Of a stretch of DNA of 64,000 bases, positions 8,900-22,300 are shown one piece after another (position 1 is the first letter of the stretch; each line of letters starts with the position of its first letter). Where the stretch lies: IMG/VR virus record IMGVR_UViG_3300005662_008418; one strand, written 5' to 3'. Under the pieces are notes generated by a model, which had not been told where the DNA came from, searched no databases, and saw nothing but the letters and a program-made list of their open reading frames with translations. The translations under genes were made by a program, and so were the position numbers. The stretch is from an uncultured virus (IMG/VR IMGVR_UViG_3300005662_008418). Taxonomy: Duplodnaviria > Heunggongvirae > Uroviricota > Caudoviricetes.

Positions 8900-9601
8900 T
8901 CAACCCCACTTTTCCTTTAGCCACGCACGCCATTGATCAAATTCATGTGTATTTCTACAGCCGCCCATGTGGTCAACGAAGAAATCATCATCCAAAGTCC
9001 ATACATGACTATTGCCATTATACTTAATTTTAGGGTGACGAAATATCGGTTTCCAAGGATCTATTCTGATCATATCGCTCCCCACATCGTAAAGATTAGG
9101 TCTGGGACAATCTTCTCCATTAGGTTTTAATATCGGCAGAAAAGATATTTCATTTTCTATTACTGTTTTTAATCTAAAAGCGGAGAACCAAGCACCACAT
9201 CCAAATTTTACTCCAGGTCTTTGACATGATATATGCTCGTAATCTCCCAGTAGAGACATTATGTCAACATCCCAGTGATTCTTGATCATATATGAATCAC
9301 AGTCTATGACAACTCCTATATGATCTTCTGGTATATTTTCGATAGCACACTGGAGCGCTTCGCCGTGATGCCTAGATGCTGAGTATGTAGGCCTAACTGG
9401 AGCCTGAGATCTCCTGATCACATAGGCGTTTCTTTGCCTCTCCATGTTAAGCAAAACATCTTGATGCTCCGCGGAGGATCCATTGTCTACAACGACCATG
9501 CGGTAGTCTTGCTTCGTTTTGAGATCAAGACTTTGCATCAAGTGATTTATGAAATGACTAGAGTTATAGCATACGGTTATTACATCTATATTGAGATTCA
9601 T
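8900..9601 (-). CDS. GT2-like glycosyltransferase
   Basis: VITVCYNS, VVDNGSS, IDCDS. Confidence 0.8.
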   Translation of the reverse strand: MNLNIDVITVCYNSSHFINHLMQSLDLKTKQDYRMVVVDNGSSAEHQDVLLNMERQRNAYVIRRSQAPVRPTYSASRHHGEALQCAIENIPEDHIGVVIDCDSYMIKNHWDVDIMSLLGDYEHISCQRPGVKFGCGAWFSAFRLKTVIENEISFLPILKPNGEDCPRPNLYDVGSDMIRIDPWKPIFRHPKIKYNGNSHVWTLDDDFFVDHMGGCRNTHEFDQWRAWLKEKWG

Positions 9602-9602
9602 T

Positions 9603-10364
9603 TTAATAATTTTCTGTATTTTTGATGGTTAGTTTCACTATGTGTTCGTGAAAATACATATAATCTTTCTTATAACCATCTTTTGATTCTTCTTTTTCAT
9701 CGCTAGTCCATTGCCAATTCCAGGATATCTCATCCCTGACATCAAACCCAAAAAAAGAAAGTACTCTTTTTTGGGTGGCGAGTACTTCAGTACCATTCCA
9801 ATTGTGACCGATGCAGATGAACCCTGATGCCTTTTTCGCAAGGACATTAGTTTCCTCCAGGGTGGTATGTCTATTTTCGAGCCAGCTAAGTCGCTCAATC
9901 AACTTTTGATACGTAGCGCATGCCTGACCCCATCTGACTGGAGATACAAAAATAACAACATCAGCATCAAATATTGCCTTGCTTATTTTCCACAACTCAT
10001 CGTCTTTGTTATTTATACTAGCCCAGCATCTGTGGTAGCCGCTGGGATTTTTATCACGATCTTTAAGGAGGGAGTCTTTTACTCCGCATGAATTTCCTTC
10101 TGACCGAGATATATTCGCTTCGCATGGATATATCTTCATATTGAAAACATCCATGAAGGAAGATCCTTTACCGCCACATTCGGCTAAATACTTTCCAACG
10201 ATCTCCGTTTTTGGAGTGTCCTTACTGACCCCTCCACCACCCCATCTGTTGCTAAAACCCAAAACCAGAGTTTTTTTGTCCTTAATAAATTCCGAGGATT
10301 TTATTATGGATTTTTCTAACTGCTCGTTTTTGGCTTCTTTTATTAAATTAAATATATTTTGCAC
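9603..10364 (-). CDS. NADPH-dependent FMN reductase / multimeric flavodoxin-like protein
   Basis: GFSNR, IYPCEAN..C...C, DDELWKISKAIFDADVVIFVSPVRWG, QKLIERL. Confidence 0.8.
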   Translation of the reverse strand: MQNIFNLIKEAKNEQLEKSIIKSSEFIKDKKTLVLGFSNRWGGGGVSKDTPKTEIVGKYLAECGGKGSSFMDVFNMKIYPCEANISRSEGNSCGVKDSLLKDRDKNPSGYHRCWASINNKDDELWKISKAIFDADVVIFVSPVRWGQACATYQKLIERLSWLENRHTTLEETNVLAKKASGFICIGHNWNGTEVLATQKRVLSFFGFDVRDEISWNWQWTSDEKEESKDGYKKDYMYFHEHIVKLTIKNTENY

Positions 10365-10418
10365 GTATTATTTTTCGTACAAAAATAGCACGCACCTGCT
10401 TATTGCACTTGATCATCA

Positions 10419-10814
10419 TTAGCACACTTTATTCCGCCAAGCAGCATCTGCAATTTTATACTTAAAATTTTCATCAAAGCAATCGTTGAGTTGAGCCTGC
10501 TGAAGCAGCTCCCCTCTATTAAAAGTCAGCCATTCAGCTACTACTTTTTCCACTTTTGAGATATTGCCAACGCTGATATCTGAAAATTTAATGATATCAC
10601 CAGGAGATGCGCATCCTCCATTGGCAAGGATGTGCAATTTAAATACATTCTTTTCCTCATCAGTCATCAGGGCATCAACAAGGCTACACGCCAGATTCCG
10701 GTAAGATGAAGAAGAGTCATGGTGATCTTCCCTCATGATCATTTTTGAGTATTCGTACGCAAATTCGTTACAAGACATGGCATTGGCATCCTTATCCATG
10801 AGGTGACCAATCAA
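10419..10814 (-). CDS. hypothetical protein
   Basis: Overlapping co-oriented ORF. Confidence 0.6.
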   Translation of the reverse strand: MIGHLMDKDANAMSCNEFAYEYSKMIMREDHHDSSSSYRNLACSLVDALMTDEEKNVFKLHILANGGCASPGDIIKFSDISVGNISKVEKVVAEWLTFNRGELLQQAQLNDCFDENFKYKIADAAWRNKVC

Positions 10815-11131
10815 ATGGCACTAATGCCTTCGCTGAGCCCAGAACCAATAAGCATGGACACAGCATGCATCCTACTCTTGACGATTTCTGAAACAGCCCT
10901 GTCGATGGCAATAACTGTCTCCAACTTGGCAGGAGTCCCCGAGATAACGCGATAGACTGTCTGCCTGGAAAGCCCAGTAACCTTAGCAACCTCGGCTGGA
11001 GAAACCTTCATGTGGTCCATGGTGCTGGCAATACGACTGACCTGTTTGATGGCTTCGTCCCTTGCCTCTGCTCGGATATTGCTTGCCATGCTCCTCTTGG
11101 TGCCAATGGTACTAAAATGCTTTGTTGTCAT
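10811..11131 (-). CDS. HTH DNA-binding protein (XRE-like)
   Basis: SPAEVAKVTGLSRQTVYRVISG..AKLETVIAI. Confidence 0.8.
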   Translation of the reverse strand: MTTKHFSTIGTKRSMASNIRAEARDEAIKQVSRIASTMDHMKVSPAEVAKVTGLSRQTVYRVISGTPAKLETVIAIDRAVSEIVKSRMHAVSMLIGSGLSEGISAI

Positions 11132-12143
11132 TTTTGCTCATCCTTTCAATAAAGTATTCAGGTTCGTTTCTAAGCAGGAAGTTCACATCATCTTCCTGGA
11201 GAGAAGATGAACGATAAGCACAGATTTGCCCAGCAAGTTCTTTAACATGCTCTTTCTTTCCAGCCATAATCGTCAATAAGGGATCAATTAAAGTTTGAAT
11301 CCTTAAACTGTGCCTATCTTGCTCATTTAGCCATTCCGTGATGCAGGAAGATACATTTGAATTCGAGCTCATGGAGGAAAAGAAAACACTACGGTCCGTT
11401 GCTAGAACCATGCATTTAGGAAAAGTGTAGCATCTGTGCACCCTGATGTCAAGCGGAACTGCGTCCCCTCCAGCAAAAATTACCGTTTCCTCTCCGTTCG
11501 TAACAACCATGTAGTTATTAGACCTGCCACAAATTTCGACATGACGGTTGCCATTTTGAAATTCGTGCACTAAAGTAAAAGATCCGGCTTGCCCCAAATA
11601 ATGTCTCCATATGCCACCTGAACCTATCAGGTAGCATGTTTTTCCATTGACATAGCAATATTCAAAATTGATATCAAGAGATATTTCCACGCAAGAATCA
11701 ATAGATATATCTACTATCAACGCCTTGTTTCCTTCATGCACCAGGCAGGATAACATCCAGTCACTGCCATGAATGTCTTTTATCTTACGCCCAAAAATAC
11801 GACTTTTTATAGATTTTGGAATCCAGCGAAAGAATAATACACCATCTGATCTCAATACGCCATGAGTCGTCAAGATTGAGAATATACTTGATGCGCGCAT
11901 GGTAATGCTGTCAAACTCTACATTATCCATGCTTAGAAGCGATTCTAAACGAGAATATAGTCCTTCACAATTGCCATATGCATCAAGAAGAATGTAAGAA
12001 TTTAAATCGCTAAAAACTGGAAGCAATTCTTCTGTGTATGATGCTGTCTGCCATGCATTATGACATACATCATAATGATGGAATCTTATGAATCTTTTCA
12101 CTACAGAAGTTGTTTTTTGACGATCAAAAAGATGCCTAGTCAT
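11112..12143 (-). CDS. hypothetical protein
   Basis: 343-aa ORF in an operon-like run. Confidence 0.7.
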   Translation of the reverse strand: MTRHLFDRQKTTSVVKRFIRFHHYDVCHNAWQTASYTEELLPVFSDLNSYILLDAYGNCEGLYSRLESLLSMDNVEFDSITMRASSIFSILTTHGVLRSDGVLFFRWIPKSIKSRIFGRKIKDIHGSDWMLSCLVHEGNKALIVDISIDSCVEISLDINFEYCYVNGKTCYLIGSGGIWRHYLGQAGSFTLVHEFQNGNRHVEICGRSNNYMVVTNGEETVIFAGGDAVPLDIRVHRCYTFPKCMVLATDRSVFFSSMSSNSNVSSCITEWLNEQDRHSLRIQTLIDPLLTIMAGKKEHVKELAGQICAYRSSSLQEDDVNFLLRNEPEYFIERMSKNDNKAF

Positions 12144-12183
12144 CGACTAGACATCTTAGTGTTTTCATTACAATTTTATATTA

Positions 12184-13362
12184 TTACTTTTTACCTTTAC
12201 GCCATTTTCCGCCAAGTTTTTTATATCTCTTTGCTGCCGCTCCGTTGCAATAAGCACTAGGACATACATCGTATCTAGCTTTAGCCCAGGAAAGGCATCT
12301 AGACCATAATGCAGGATTGGTTGGAACGCTCTTCTTGGATTTCTTTGCCTTTTTAGCTTCTTTACTTAATTCCATTTCACAAGCAGCAGATTTATCCTCT
12401 TTCAGCTTGGAAAAACCTTCCATGGATCCAACTTCCGATCCGTAAGAACTGCTGGAGAATTCCTCTGGGAAGTCTTTGCCTGCTATCTGTGGAGAACTTT
12501 TTAGAACAGATCGTATATTTGTCCACTTATCTGCTATGGTTTTGGCCAAACTAGGGATAATTGATTTTAACTTTTCTTCATCCAATGGAACAAAAAACAT
12601 CTCAGCGTTCATGGCATCCCTGCTCTTTCTGCCTTCTTCTTCCCTTTCCGACTCATATTGATCTTTGGGCGCAGAGGATTCTGGTTCTATTATTTCATTT
12701 ACTATTGAAAGAAGAGTTGAATCGTCAGTCTGCTTTATCTTGCGAATCATGTTATCAAATATATCCGCAAGATTTTTTTCTTCTGCTTCTGCAGCAGACT
12801 GTGTGATAAAATTAGTTAGTTTTCTTTGAATAATTGGATACGGATCTTCTGGAGAGAATATTCTTCCAGATGATGCATCAAATTGAGCTTGCTTTTTTAA
12901 TATTCTATCTTCCGCTTCAAGGGCTGCGAGCATTGCAAACTTTCTCAATACCCTGCTCGTAGAATGAAAAGCAACTCTTAAGCAGGCGATAGGCTCGCCT
13001 TCATATCCATGTTGGTGGCAAAAGCGGCTAAGCATGGTTGGATCAGAACTAATATTGTCAATATCTGTAAATTTTTCCGCCACCTTAATCATTACATTTT
13101 CTGTGAATGCTTTTTTGTCGTCCAGAAAAGCATTATGATACGGACACCACTCTCTTCCATCCTTCATGTAAGATGCAAGACCCTTAGTGTTGAGATGAGG
13201 CCCAGAAAACCCAGTTTTGGGCTCGTGTTTTTTTCCAAAGGCATCCACTACAGGCTTCTCCTTTGAAATTAATAAGGGAGATTCCGTACTTGCCTTCTTG
13301 TTTGCATTATTAAGTAAACCAGATAGGGCATTCCAATTTATAAGTTTAGGTAATTTTTCCAT
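12184..13362 (-). CDS. hypothetical protein with basic C-terminal viral module (PTNPALW...PSAY..GGKWR; DUF5872-like)
   Basis: Start taken at MEKLP (13362) to avoid overlap with the upstream gene. The C-terminal motif is recognised from viral small basic proteins. Confidence 0.65.
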   Translation of the reverse strand: MEKLPKLINWNALSGLLNNANKKASTESPLLISKEKPVVDAFGKKHEPKTGFSGPHLNTKGLASYMKDGREWCPYHNAFLDDKKAFTENVMIKVAEKFTDIDNISSDPTMLSRFCHQHGYEGEPIACLRVAFHSTSRVLRKFAMLAALEAEDRILKKQAQFDASSGRIFSPEDPYPIIQRKLTNFITQSAAEAEEKNLADIFDNMIRKIKQTDDSTLLSIVNEIIEPESSAPKDQYESEREEEGRKSRDAMNAEMFFVPLDEEKLKSIIPSLAKTIADKWTNIRSVLKSSPQIAGKDFPEEFSSSSYGSEVGSMEGFSKLKEDKSAACEMELSKEAKKAKKSKKSVPTNPALWSRCLSWAKARYDVCPSAYCNGAAAKRYKKLGGKWRKGKK

Positions 13363-13399
13363 ATATGTATGTTTTCTTACTTTTTTATTTTTCACCTTT

Positions 13400-16300
13400 T
13401 TAAACAGTGAATACAGGAACACTGGGATCAGTTTTTACTATCCAGGTTCCTCCATCACTATCTACAATTACGCTATTCGCATTTTCGTCTATCAATGTGA
13501 TCCCCGGCTTGGGGGTAACTCTCCAAAGATACGATCCATCAGCCGCTACAGCACCGCTTATTATGTAATTAGCATTAAAACTAATCCTGCTACTGTCAAG
13601 AATCTGCAATGTCCATCCGCCCATTCTGACATTAATATCATTCATTACCGTATTGATGTTAACTAAATTTTGCTGCATTACTGTTGTTGTCGTTTCTGCC
13701 CCATTCCAATAATATACCACATCAACTCCAGTCAATGCAAAATGCCTGATAGTCTCGTTGTACATCTTAAATCCATATGAGTCTATAGCCCACTTAGCAT
13801 TCCAGTAGCCGCTACTCCAAGTCCTAGGAGCAATCCATGGTCTTATTGGGATGTGAGGAGTGGCTCTGCGCATTGCCCTTATCTTCTGAACAAGTATGAG
13901 CATTTGGAACCATGAATCATTGACAGTTGAATTTATGGATGTTCCAGCTCCGTATCCTGTTGCATCAGTTCTTACTATTCTAGTTGGATCTGAGTTTAAT
14001 ATTTTATAAATAGAATCTTGATTGAATCCAGCATAGAACTCTGCGGACTGCGCATTGCCAACTATGGATGAATTTATATACGGATGGCCATTTGGATCAT
14101 ATCCATGATCCCATCTTCTTGAGTGGTTTCCAGAATAATTACTTACATTATAAACACCCAATACATCCCGAGAAGCTTTTACAATTGATTGTTCAAGAAT
14201 ACCGTGAAATATTGAAGCCATTACTTGATTCCAATATAAATATGCTGGATTATTCTGCGGATGGAATGATCCAGTTCCAGTTTTTATATTGTCGACAGTA
14301 TGGCTGAGTAAATCTCCGTAATTAAACATATATGCAGGAGATGGAGATTCGAACCATGCCTGATCCCACTTGACATCGTTTATTATATTATCTACATTCT
14401 GCGAACTAAGCGATGTTCCATAACTCCATGCTGAGAATGTTGCGCCATTTTCGCAATCCAGCGCTATGTGACTTGGTACGGCATTATTATCAATCAGAGC
14501 CTGCGCTATTGTGGCAAAATCATTGTAAACAAAATCTATGTCTGCAAATGCGAATGGAGATTGATTGCCATCTGCGTATCTATCAGATGGGTTTGCAAAG
14601 AACTGTCCCTGGTCATATCTTGTCGTCCTCAGCACCCTCATATCTTCTGGCAATGAAGATAGGGCGCTTACGATTGATGAGAATCTACTGGGGCAACTTA
14701 CTCCATTTATAAAATCTGAAGCAGTACTCTCATGGAATCCTCCCGTATTTGTGCAATTGAAAAGAGCTATCATTGGCTTGACATAAGAATATAGATTGAC
14801 ATTATTGTAAGTCAAAGCGCCAAGCCCGTCTTGCGGAATACTTCCGTTTATCGACCCAGATGGCCAAACCGTGTGGTCGGTAGGCAGCCATGCAGCTGCA
14901 AATATGGGCTTTCTTTCCAGGCTTTCATATATTCCAGAAGCTGTTGAGTTTCTTTCCACAAAATGATTGCGAATATAAGCAACTGATGAATTTACGGCAG
15001 ATGTGCTCAGAGCTGTTCCATCGGTTTTCTCTATCGGGATAAAATCAGATGCTTCTAACAGCGGACCGTATGCTTCCGAAATTCTCCTTTGCAATCCCGT
15101 CCTGGTGTCAAATTCAGGATCAACTATGCTAAACGATATTGGATCATCCTTGCTATTCTGTATGGCATTTCCACTGCCGAAATTACCCATCCATCTTGCT
15201 GACACAAGAGTGCCTGGGAATTCAAGCCGTATCTTACTCATGGTCTTCATAAAAGTGCCATTAACATCGGCGATTGATCGGCGTGCCTCCATATACCCGT
15301 TTTCCTGCTCGTTCTGCACAGTATGTGGGGATGCGCAATACCTAGGATGGATAGCTTCTTGATCGATATCAAAAGCATCATAAAAATCCAATATTATACC
15401 GCTATATAGATCAGCAATGGTTTTTTGATTCTGAGTAAATGATTTTATTTCATTATCGATAGATCTAAGATACGCTAATATACCCGTAGCTATGGGAAGA
15501 CCATTTGCATCTACATTGAAAAATGGATCAGTGTTATCGCTGATTGGCTTGATTGTCAAGAAGGAGCCATGGGCGAATTGAGACTTCTTAAAAAGAGAGG
15601 CTTCTATCAGGGGATCCCATAAATTAGATTCGGGATCGTCCTGCGAATACGGGACTCTTTCAATTCGAGTCATGGTTTCGTTCGCCGCACATCCGCACAA
15701 TGGAGTATTGAAGTCGTTTGCATCGACAGCAATAAGCGGTATTCTTTTTGCTATTGTGCATATGCCTTCTTTCTGGAATATTATTCCAGAAATGCTCACC
15801 TGACCTGGAGCGCAGTTTGATACATCTGCTTCAACAAATCCAATCGGCCAGTAATCCGATGGAGTACAAAGAGCGGAGTGATTTTCGTCTATCCATGCAT
15901 AATCACTCTGATTCAGTATTGCATCATTTGACATTTGAGTTAGCAACTGTATTGCATTGAATCCCTTGCTTTTCGTTATTCCATCGCATCGCATCAAGAC
16001 AAAAATATTATTAGTTGGAGAAAGCGTTGAGGATAAACTCTCCAGGAATGTTACATAGTCATCAAGATTACTAATCACTAGACTTGTTTTTTCAACACAT
16101 ATTCCCATATGAGGCATGATGCTATTGGGGTTTTTGAACTGAATTTGAGCCAATGACCCCTGCTCAAATGATATAAGGTCGAATTGATCAGAATCAACAT
16201 ACATATCAATAGGATCAAAGTATCCCTTGTCAGGGTTCAAGAGAAGCTGGCGTACACGCAATGGTTTTTGCTTTGCGTTCATTGACACGGATGCACTTCG

Positions 16301-19300
16301 CAGATTACCCAGCACTGGAGGATATCCAGCATAATAATTCAATTTACCGCGTGCAGGCAGAACATTTATGGGTATAGATCCGCTGCTGGTATAGTCAACA
16401 AAATAACAATCTCTGTTGAATCCATCTGGGCAGTTGCAGGTATCTAATATCCTTCTATATCCACCGTCTTCAACCCGCACGGGAGTAGGACCTCCATTAG
16501 TAATAACTTGGGTGTAAAGAAGATTCTGCCTTCCGCATAGGCCGTCTACCGCGAATTCTGGACCATTATTCCAATCTATATAGAAAGCATGTTTTCGTAC
16601 ATCATGCCATGATGCATCTGCCATCATGATGATGTTAATGGCGCTATTCCCGAAATGATCGTTTCCAATCTCATAAGAAGCCAATGGAGAAGGCTTTTCT
16701 GGAAGGAAGCCAGGAATTTCAATAGAAGTTTGGATAGAAATTGCGGTTCCATCTGAAACCATTAAATCCCACAATTTTTCTCTTGAAATTTGGGCTCTCG
16801 TTTTACCGCTTGGAATATCTACAGTAGTATTATGAAAGTTATTTTCCAGTCTAGGAGAGGCACCAACATATTCTTCTTCCATGAATATTACTTTGCCACT
16901 GAACAATTCTATTTGCTGCTGCACCTCCAACGGCAATTCGGCTGCTGGTACTGGAATTAATAAAATGGGCGCATTGTCATAATCTGCAGCCTTAAATGTG
17001 GCATCATGCACTACGGTGTGAGGCACTCCATGCTCAACGCATGTTTGAACTGCACCTATGATTGGCCATATCCTTGCGTAATTAGGAGGGACATTTCCAG
17101 GAGGATAAATACCTTGCTTCCATAGATATTCATTCCTAGTCATTATCAAGCACCATGTTGCGTTGGATCGGTTGTCCAATTGCAATTTGGAATCTTTTAT
17201 CGATCTAATGACTGAAGAAATCTTCCTCATAAACGGAAGATGCTGAACCGCAAATGCATTAGCAGTGTTGGAGAAGTCATCGAGTCCGCTGGGGGCATCA
17301 TACTGAGACCAATCATAAAAACCATACATAAATTCTATACTTGTATGGGAAGCCAGGCATAGAAGAGCATGGTTCTCCAGCCACCCCCTGACAGCCACAT
17401 CTCTTGGTAAAACTCCTATGCTGTTTCCGTAGTAGAATCCAACTTGAGAAGGATTTCCATAAAGAGCGTCAAATGCCGTAATGCAATTAAAATAAGTTTG
17501 ATCACAGTTTCTTCCTACTATCATTCCTGCTGGCTGAATCCATTGACCAATTTGCCAAGCAAGAGTTCTCTTACCATTTCTGCCATTTAATGTAAGTAAA
17601 TCATGATACAAACCAAGCCAGAAATCAGGCAAAGCATTTACTCCAAATGGAGTAGATATATTGCTGGGCTGCTTTCTCCTGACGTACTGTTCTACTCCAA
17701 TTTCTGTTTTTTGACCACTAGTATAAGGAAGCATGTATTCGCTATTCATAGGAAGTTCATATGAATATGTACTAGATATCAATGCTGGCAATACGATGAA
17801 GTCATCAAAGCCAGCAGTATCTATGCCTTCCCTTACGAGCCTTACAAATTCGCCCTCCTTTTCCCTAATAGCGTATATATAACTTTCCAATTTGCTTCTA
17901 ACTGCATCTGTCCAACCCACAGATGGATTTAAAGTTTTCAGCATGATAGAGGCAACATTTCCATTGAACTCTGGACCGAATATAAGATAGTTATATAATT
18001 CTGTTCCTTCTGTCAGAGGGAATGGGAAGTCAGTGTTGGTGTCAATCCCCGAAGCTGCTTTCGCTGCTGGGCTGAAGTCTAATGCGTAATAAACTGGAGA
18101 CGAGTCCCAGTGAACTCCGTGAAATCCATATCCAGTTTCTCTGTCCATGTATCTTTCTGCCAGTTCAACATGAACAGCAACAAGGTGATTAACATAATCC
18201 ATGTTGATGCCAGCGCCTTTGAATATGCTGCGGAAAGATATGTTTGGTCCGTGCCTTCCTTCTCTAATATTCCTATTAATGATATCCTTAGCTAGCGGAT
18301 AGTCGGCATCATTGAGTTCAATCCATGCAAATGGGAAGAAATATCCAATTAACTTGCATTTATACTTATTGGAAGCATCCTTGTATTCTTGCAATATGTC
18401 AATGGCCAAGCCAATTGCGTCTGCGCCCGTTCCATCATCGGCAAACAATGGGAACTGCCGGAGACCTGGTATTTGAGTATCCCACCATAGCGGCTCTCCT
18501 CCTCCTTTGATAAATACCACTATCATGTCTGGACCGCTCAGAGACATTGCTCTTATAGTTCTGTCTATACCTATTCTGCTTGCAAAATCTTGTCGCAATT
18601 CCGTGAGCGTGCTTGCATTTGCGCTGCCGAATACCCATCCTGGCGGAAGCGATCCTGTTAATTGCCATATTTTATAGAATGGTCCGTCATCTGAAGTGGA
18701 AGCACAACCGGGATCCATATCTTTCAATGCACAGAACGATAATGGAGATTGATATACTTGAGGCGGAGTTCCGCCCTGTTGGGCTCCAGGTATCTTATAG
18801 ACATATGCTTCGCAAAACAATACAGCATCGAAAGCGCTATACTGATATTGCAAGGAAATATCAGAACTCTGGAACCATGGCAATGATTCCCTTCCTACTA
18901 CAGGAGTAGGAGCGATAGGTAAAGCTCCTTCAGAACCAAATAACTTATTTGATATTACTCCCTTACTGTAGAAATCATTAGGGTATATGTCTCCAGACCA
19001 CCCCTGATCTTCTGATTTAATAGGAGCTCCGTTTGTGGCGACAGAATGCAGCATATTGATAAATTCATCAAAGCTGCTGGATCGTATGTTTGTGTTCCAG
19101 AAATTCCTGCCCTCAATAGTCCACAATCCACCAGTATATCCAGATGGATTGGACAAAAATTGGGATTCATTAAATATCCTTTGAGATTCCATCCATGACT
19201 CGTTAGGATCAAAAAAAGATTCAGGAAGTCTATGATATTGGAAGTGGTAATTTCTTACTCCATCAAAAATAGGAATTGAGAAAAGACCACGCATGAACTT

Positions 19301-22300
19301 CATAGTATCATAAACAGCCGATTGAGGAATATCCCAAACAATTCCTTTTATATCATTCAAATTGCCATTAATTTGATTATATACATATCTATAGGTATCG
19401 ACAATTGGATATAATTGCCACAAGAACCAATATGGCCCATATCCAGAAGATGGGCTCAATGATCTGATGCTGACAGTATTCCCTTGGAATGTCAGTGTTT
19501 TTTTGTCTCCGTAAAAATCCGAAGTTTGCCTCACCATTGGGTTCGGAGTTGGATTGTCATAGGGAGGATATACATTGGAAAAACTCAACTTATGATAAGA
19601 AGGTATTTCCTCAAAAGGCATAAAAACGCCAAATATCTGCTCAATAGATTCGTAATTAGCAAATGTAGAGTCAACTGCAACTACAGCCTTATTGCTCCAG
19701 CCCATATCCCAGCCAAATTCCGCACTAGTAACTGGCTGTCCGCTTGGGTTGACACTTCTTTCGGTGGCTGTGGTTTCAGAACCGTTAGGGACTAGAAGAT
19801 TCGTTCTGGGGTTTACAACATTGGGGAATGTCAGACTTGGATTATCTGCTGCAGTGCTAAAAACTTGGGTTCTTTTTGTATATTTCTGAGGTCTTGTTTC
19901 TATAAAAGTATTTATTCCCATTTCTTGTAGCCGAGTTATAACATACCAATCTGATAACTCGAGTGCTTCTGTTCTGTAATCTGGCTGACCGTCTTCTGGT
20001 CCAGTCAGATTGGGATTATCTTGATTGGTTGGCACCGATCCTCCAGCCAGCATCCAACTTGGAGCCCACAAGAATGCATCAGATGGCGTGGCGCATCCAG
20101 AACCTACATCCCAACCAACTTGGATATTGTTCTCTGTTCCTGGAATCGCTCCTTTCATTTCAACAAATTGTTGAATCACATAATCCAAATCCTGATAGAA
20201 TTTAGTGTCAGCATACGATGCATGAACGTGAAAAGCTGCCGCGGGATTGGCGTCTCTGCTCTCATAAAAATATTTATCCCACCAAAGATTGGAACGATAC
20301 CTGTATCCTCCAAACCCTCTAATGCCATTAAGATAAAGAGAAACTTTACATGGCTCATCAATTGGAAGTCTTCCAGTTGAGGGATCTGGGGATAGTCTAC
20401 CTTCCACTAATGCTTTTATTGCTTGCTTAAATCCCTTCCACCTACATGGACATGCAGCAAGAGCATTCAATCTATCCTTAGATGCTTGAGATCCCAATGG
20501 CGGCACTATTATTTCATTAGGAGAAGCAAGACCAGCAGGTATACTTGCAAATTCTTCCTCCCAAAACTTAAGACTTAAAAATGAAGATCCAAAAATATAA
20601 TCTTTTGGATCACTTTCATTTCTTCCTACTGAAAAATGCATGGGAGAGGCGTCGTAGTCGCCGAAAGGCATAAATATTTCAAAAGCTCTACTACCCCATT
20701 GATATTGATCAATTACTGACTCGTAAATTACATTGTGCCATGGGCTAGAAACTTCTGGATTGGCAGGATCGCATTCCCATGCAAATGCCCTCTGACTAAC
20801 AGGGGAGAATCCATTTGGCTCTGGCTTGCCTATAAAAAATATACTATTATTTGTACAATTCCAGGAATTATATTCTCCTTGTCCCTGCACGCTTCTCATA
20901 TTAACAAGCGAATAAAAAGAACTTATAAACTGAGCTGGAGGCAGCGGGGCTGACTCGGAACTGCTAGAAGAGGAGGATACCACAAATGAAGACGAAGATG
21001 ACGAAGACGACAGCGCATCCTCGAAGATGACTCCAGCTCCATCGCAAACACAGGATTCGTATGATGGGTTAGATATGGAGATTATTGTGCTTAGTGCATT
21101 TTCGTCGGTAATTTCTTCTACAATTCCTCTGTCATCGATAGAATCAGATCCACTCCATGTCATATTCCATTGGAGTGCCCTATTCGCAAAAAAGTCATTT
21201 TTTATTACTCTTCTGCTGTGAAATACAATGCCAAAGTTGTCACTATCATTAATAGAAGATGCAGAGAATGCCTTAAAGATTCTGGCGTTAGAAAGACTGT
21301 CAAGAACAAAACCATCAACACATCCAGAAATAGCAGGAAGTACTGAATCCACAACCTGTTCGTGATCGGATATTATACCTCCATTGCTCGAATAGAACCT
21401 AACGATTCGAGGATAGAATAGCAGGGTATTTGCGGTGACAGATGCTGGATTTCCTCTCATAATGATATTGGCTTTTAACCACGATGAATACCCAGAGATG
21501 GATGAAGCGAATCCGCTTGCCTGCAATATGCTGTTTATCGTATTGAATTTATCATGCTCTATTAATGAAGAATATAGCGGCTCTATTGTTTGTCCAGTAA
21601 GTGCCCTCTTCTTCATTATAACATGGCGCGCATAAAATATCTTCCATGGATCTGCGAGGGTGCCAGAACCGTCATTATTTGTTTTATAGTATGAAGTGAT
21701 GTTTAAACCAGATACTAGCGTACCTCCAGGCAATTCTATGGGAACTGAATCTGCAGCAGAGTCTGAGAGCAAGCTAGAAAATTCTAACGGTAAGGTAGTT
21801 CCTCCAGCCTGATTTGTCACACTTACGGGGATGAAGTCATTGAAAGCATAGCGAACTACCTCCTGTTTTCTGGAAACATATTCGCTACGTTCGTGAACAT
21901 TATTTATCGCTGCATTTTCTGTAAGTGATACATATTCGTAGTCGTCACAGACAAAAGAAAATAACCTATAATCATTGTCCAAGAATCCAAGATTGCTCTG
22001 AGCAACTGGCTCTAAGGAATCTATGACGCTTAGTTTTTTTGGAACGCCACCCATGTATATTCGCTTGGGATGACGCCGAGCCAAATCAGAAGCCCATCTA
22101 TACCAAACAGATTGCAGATTGTCATTCATGTAACAATTGTTCAGATCATTGCTTCCTGTGCAATTGCATAAATGACCATTGAGAGCATACGTAGATACTG
22201 ATTTTCCTGGCCATGCCTGAGGTCCAAGCGAGCCCTTGTCAAATCCAATTGACATTCCCGACCACAATATTGGCTCATAGCAATCATTGATAAATAGTTG

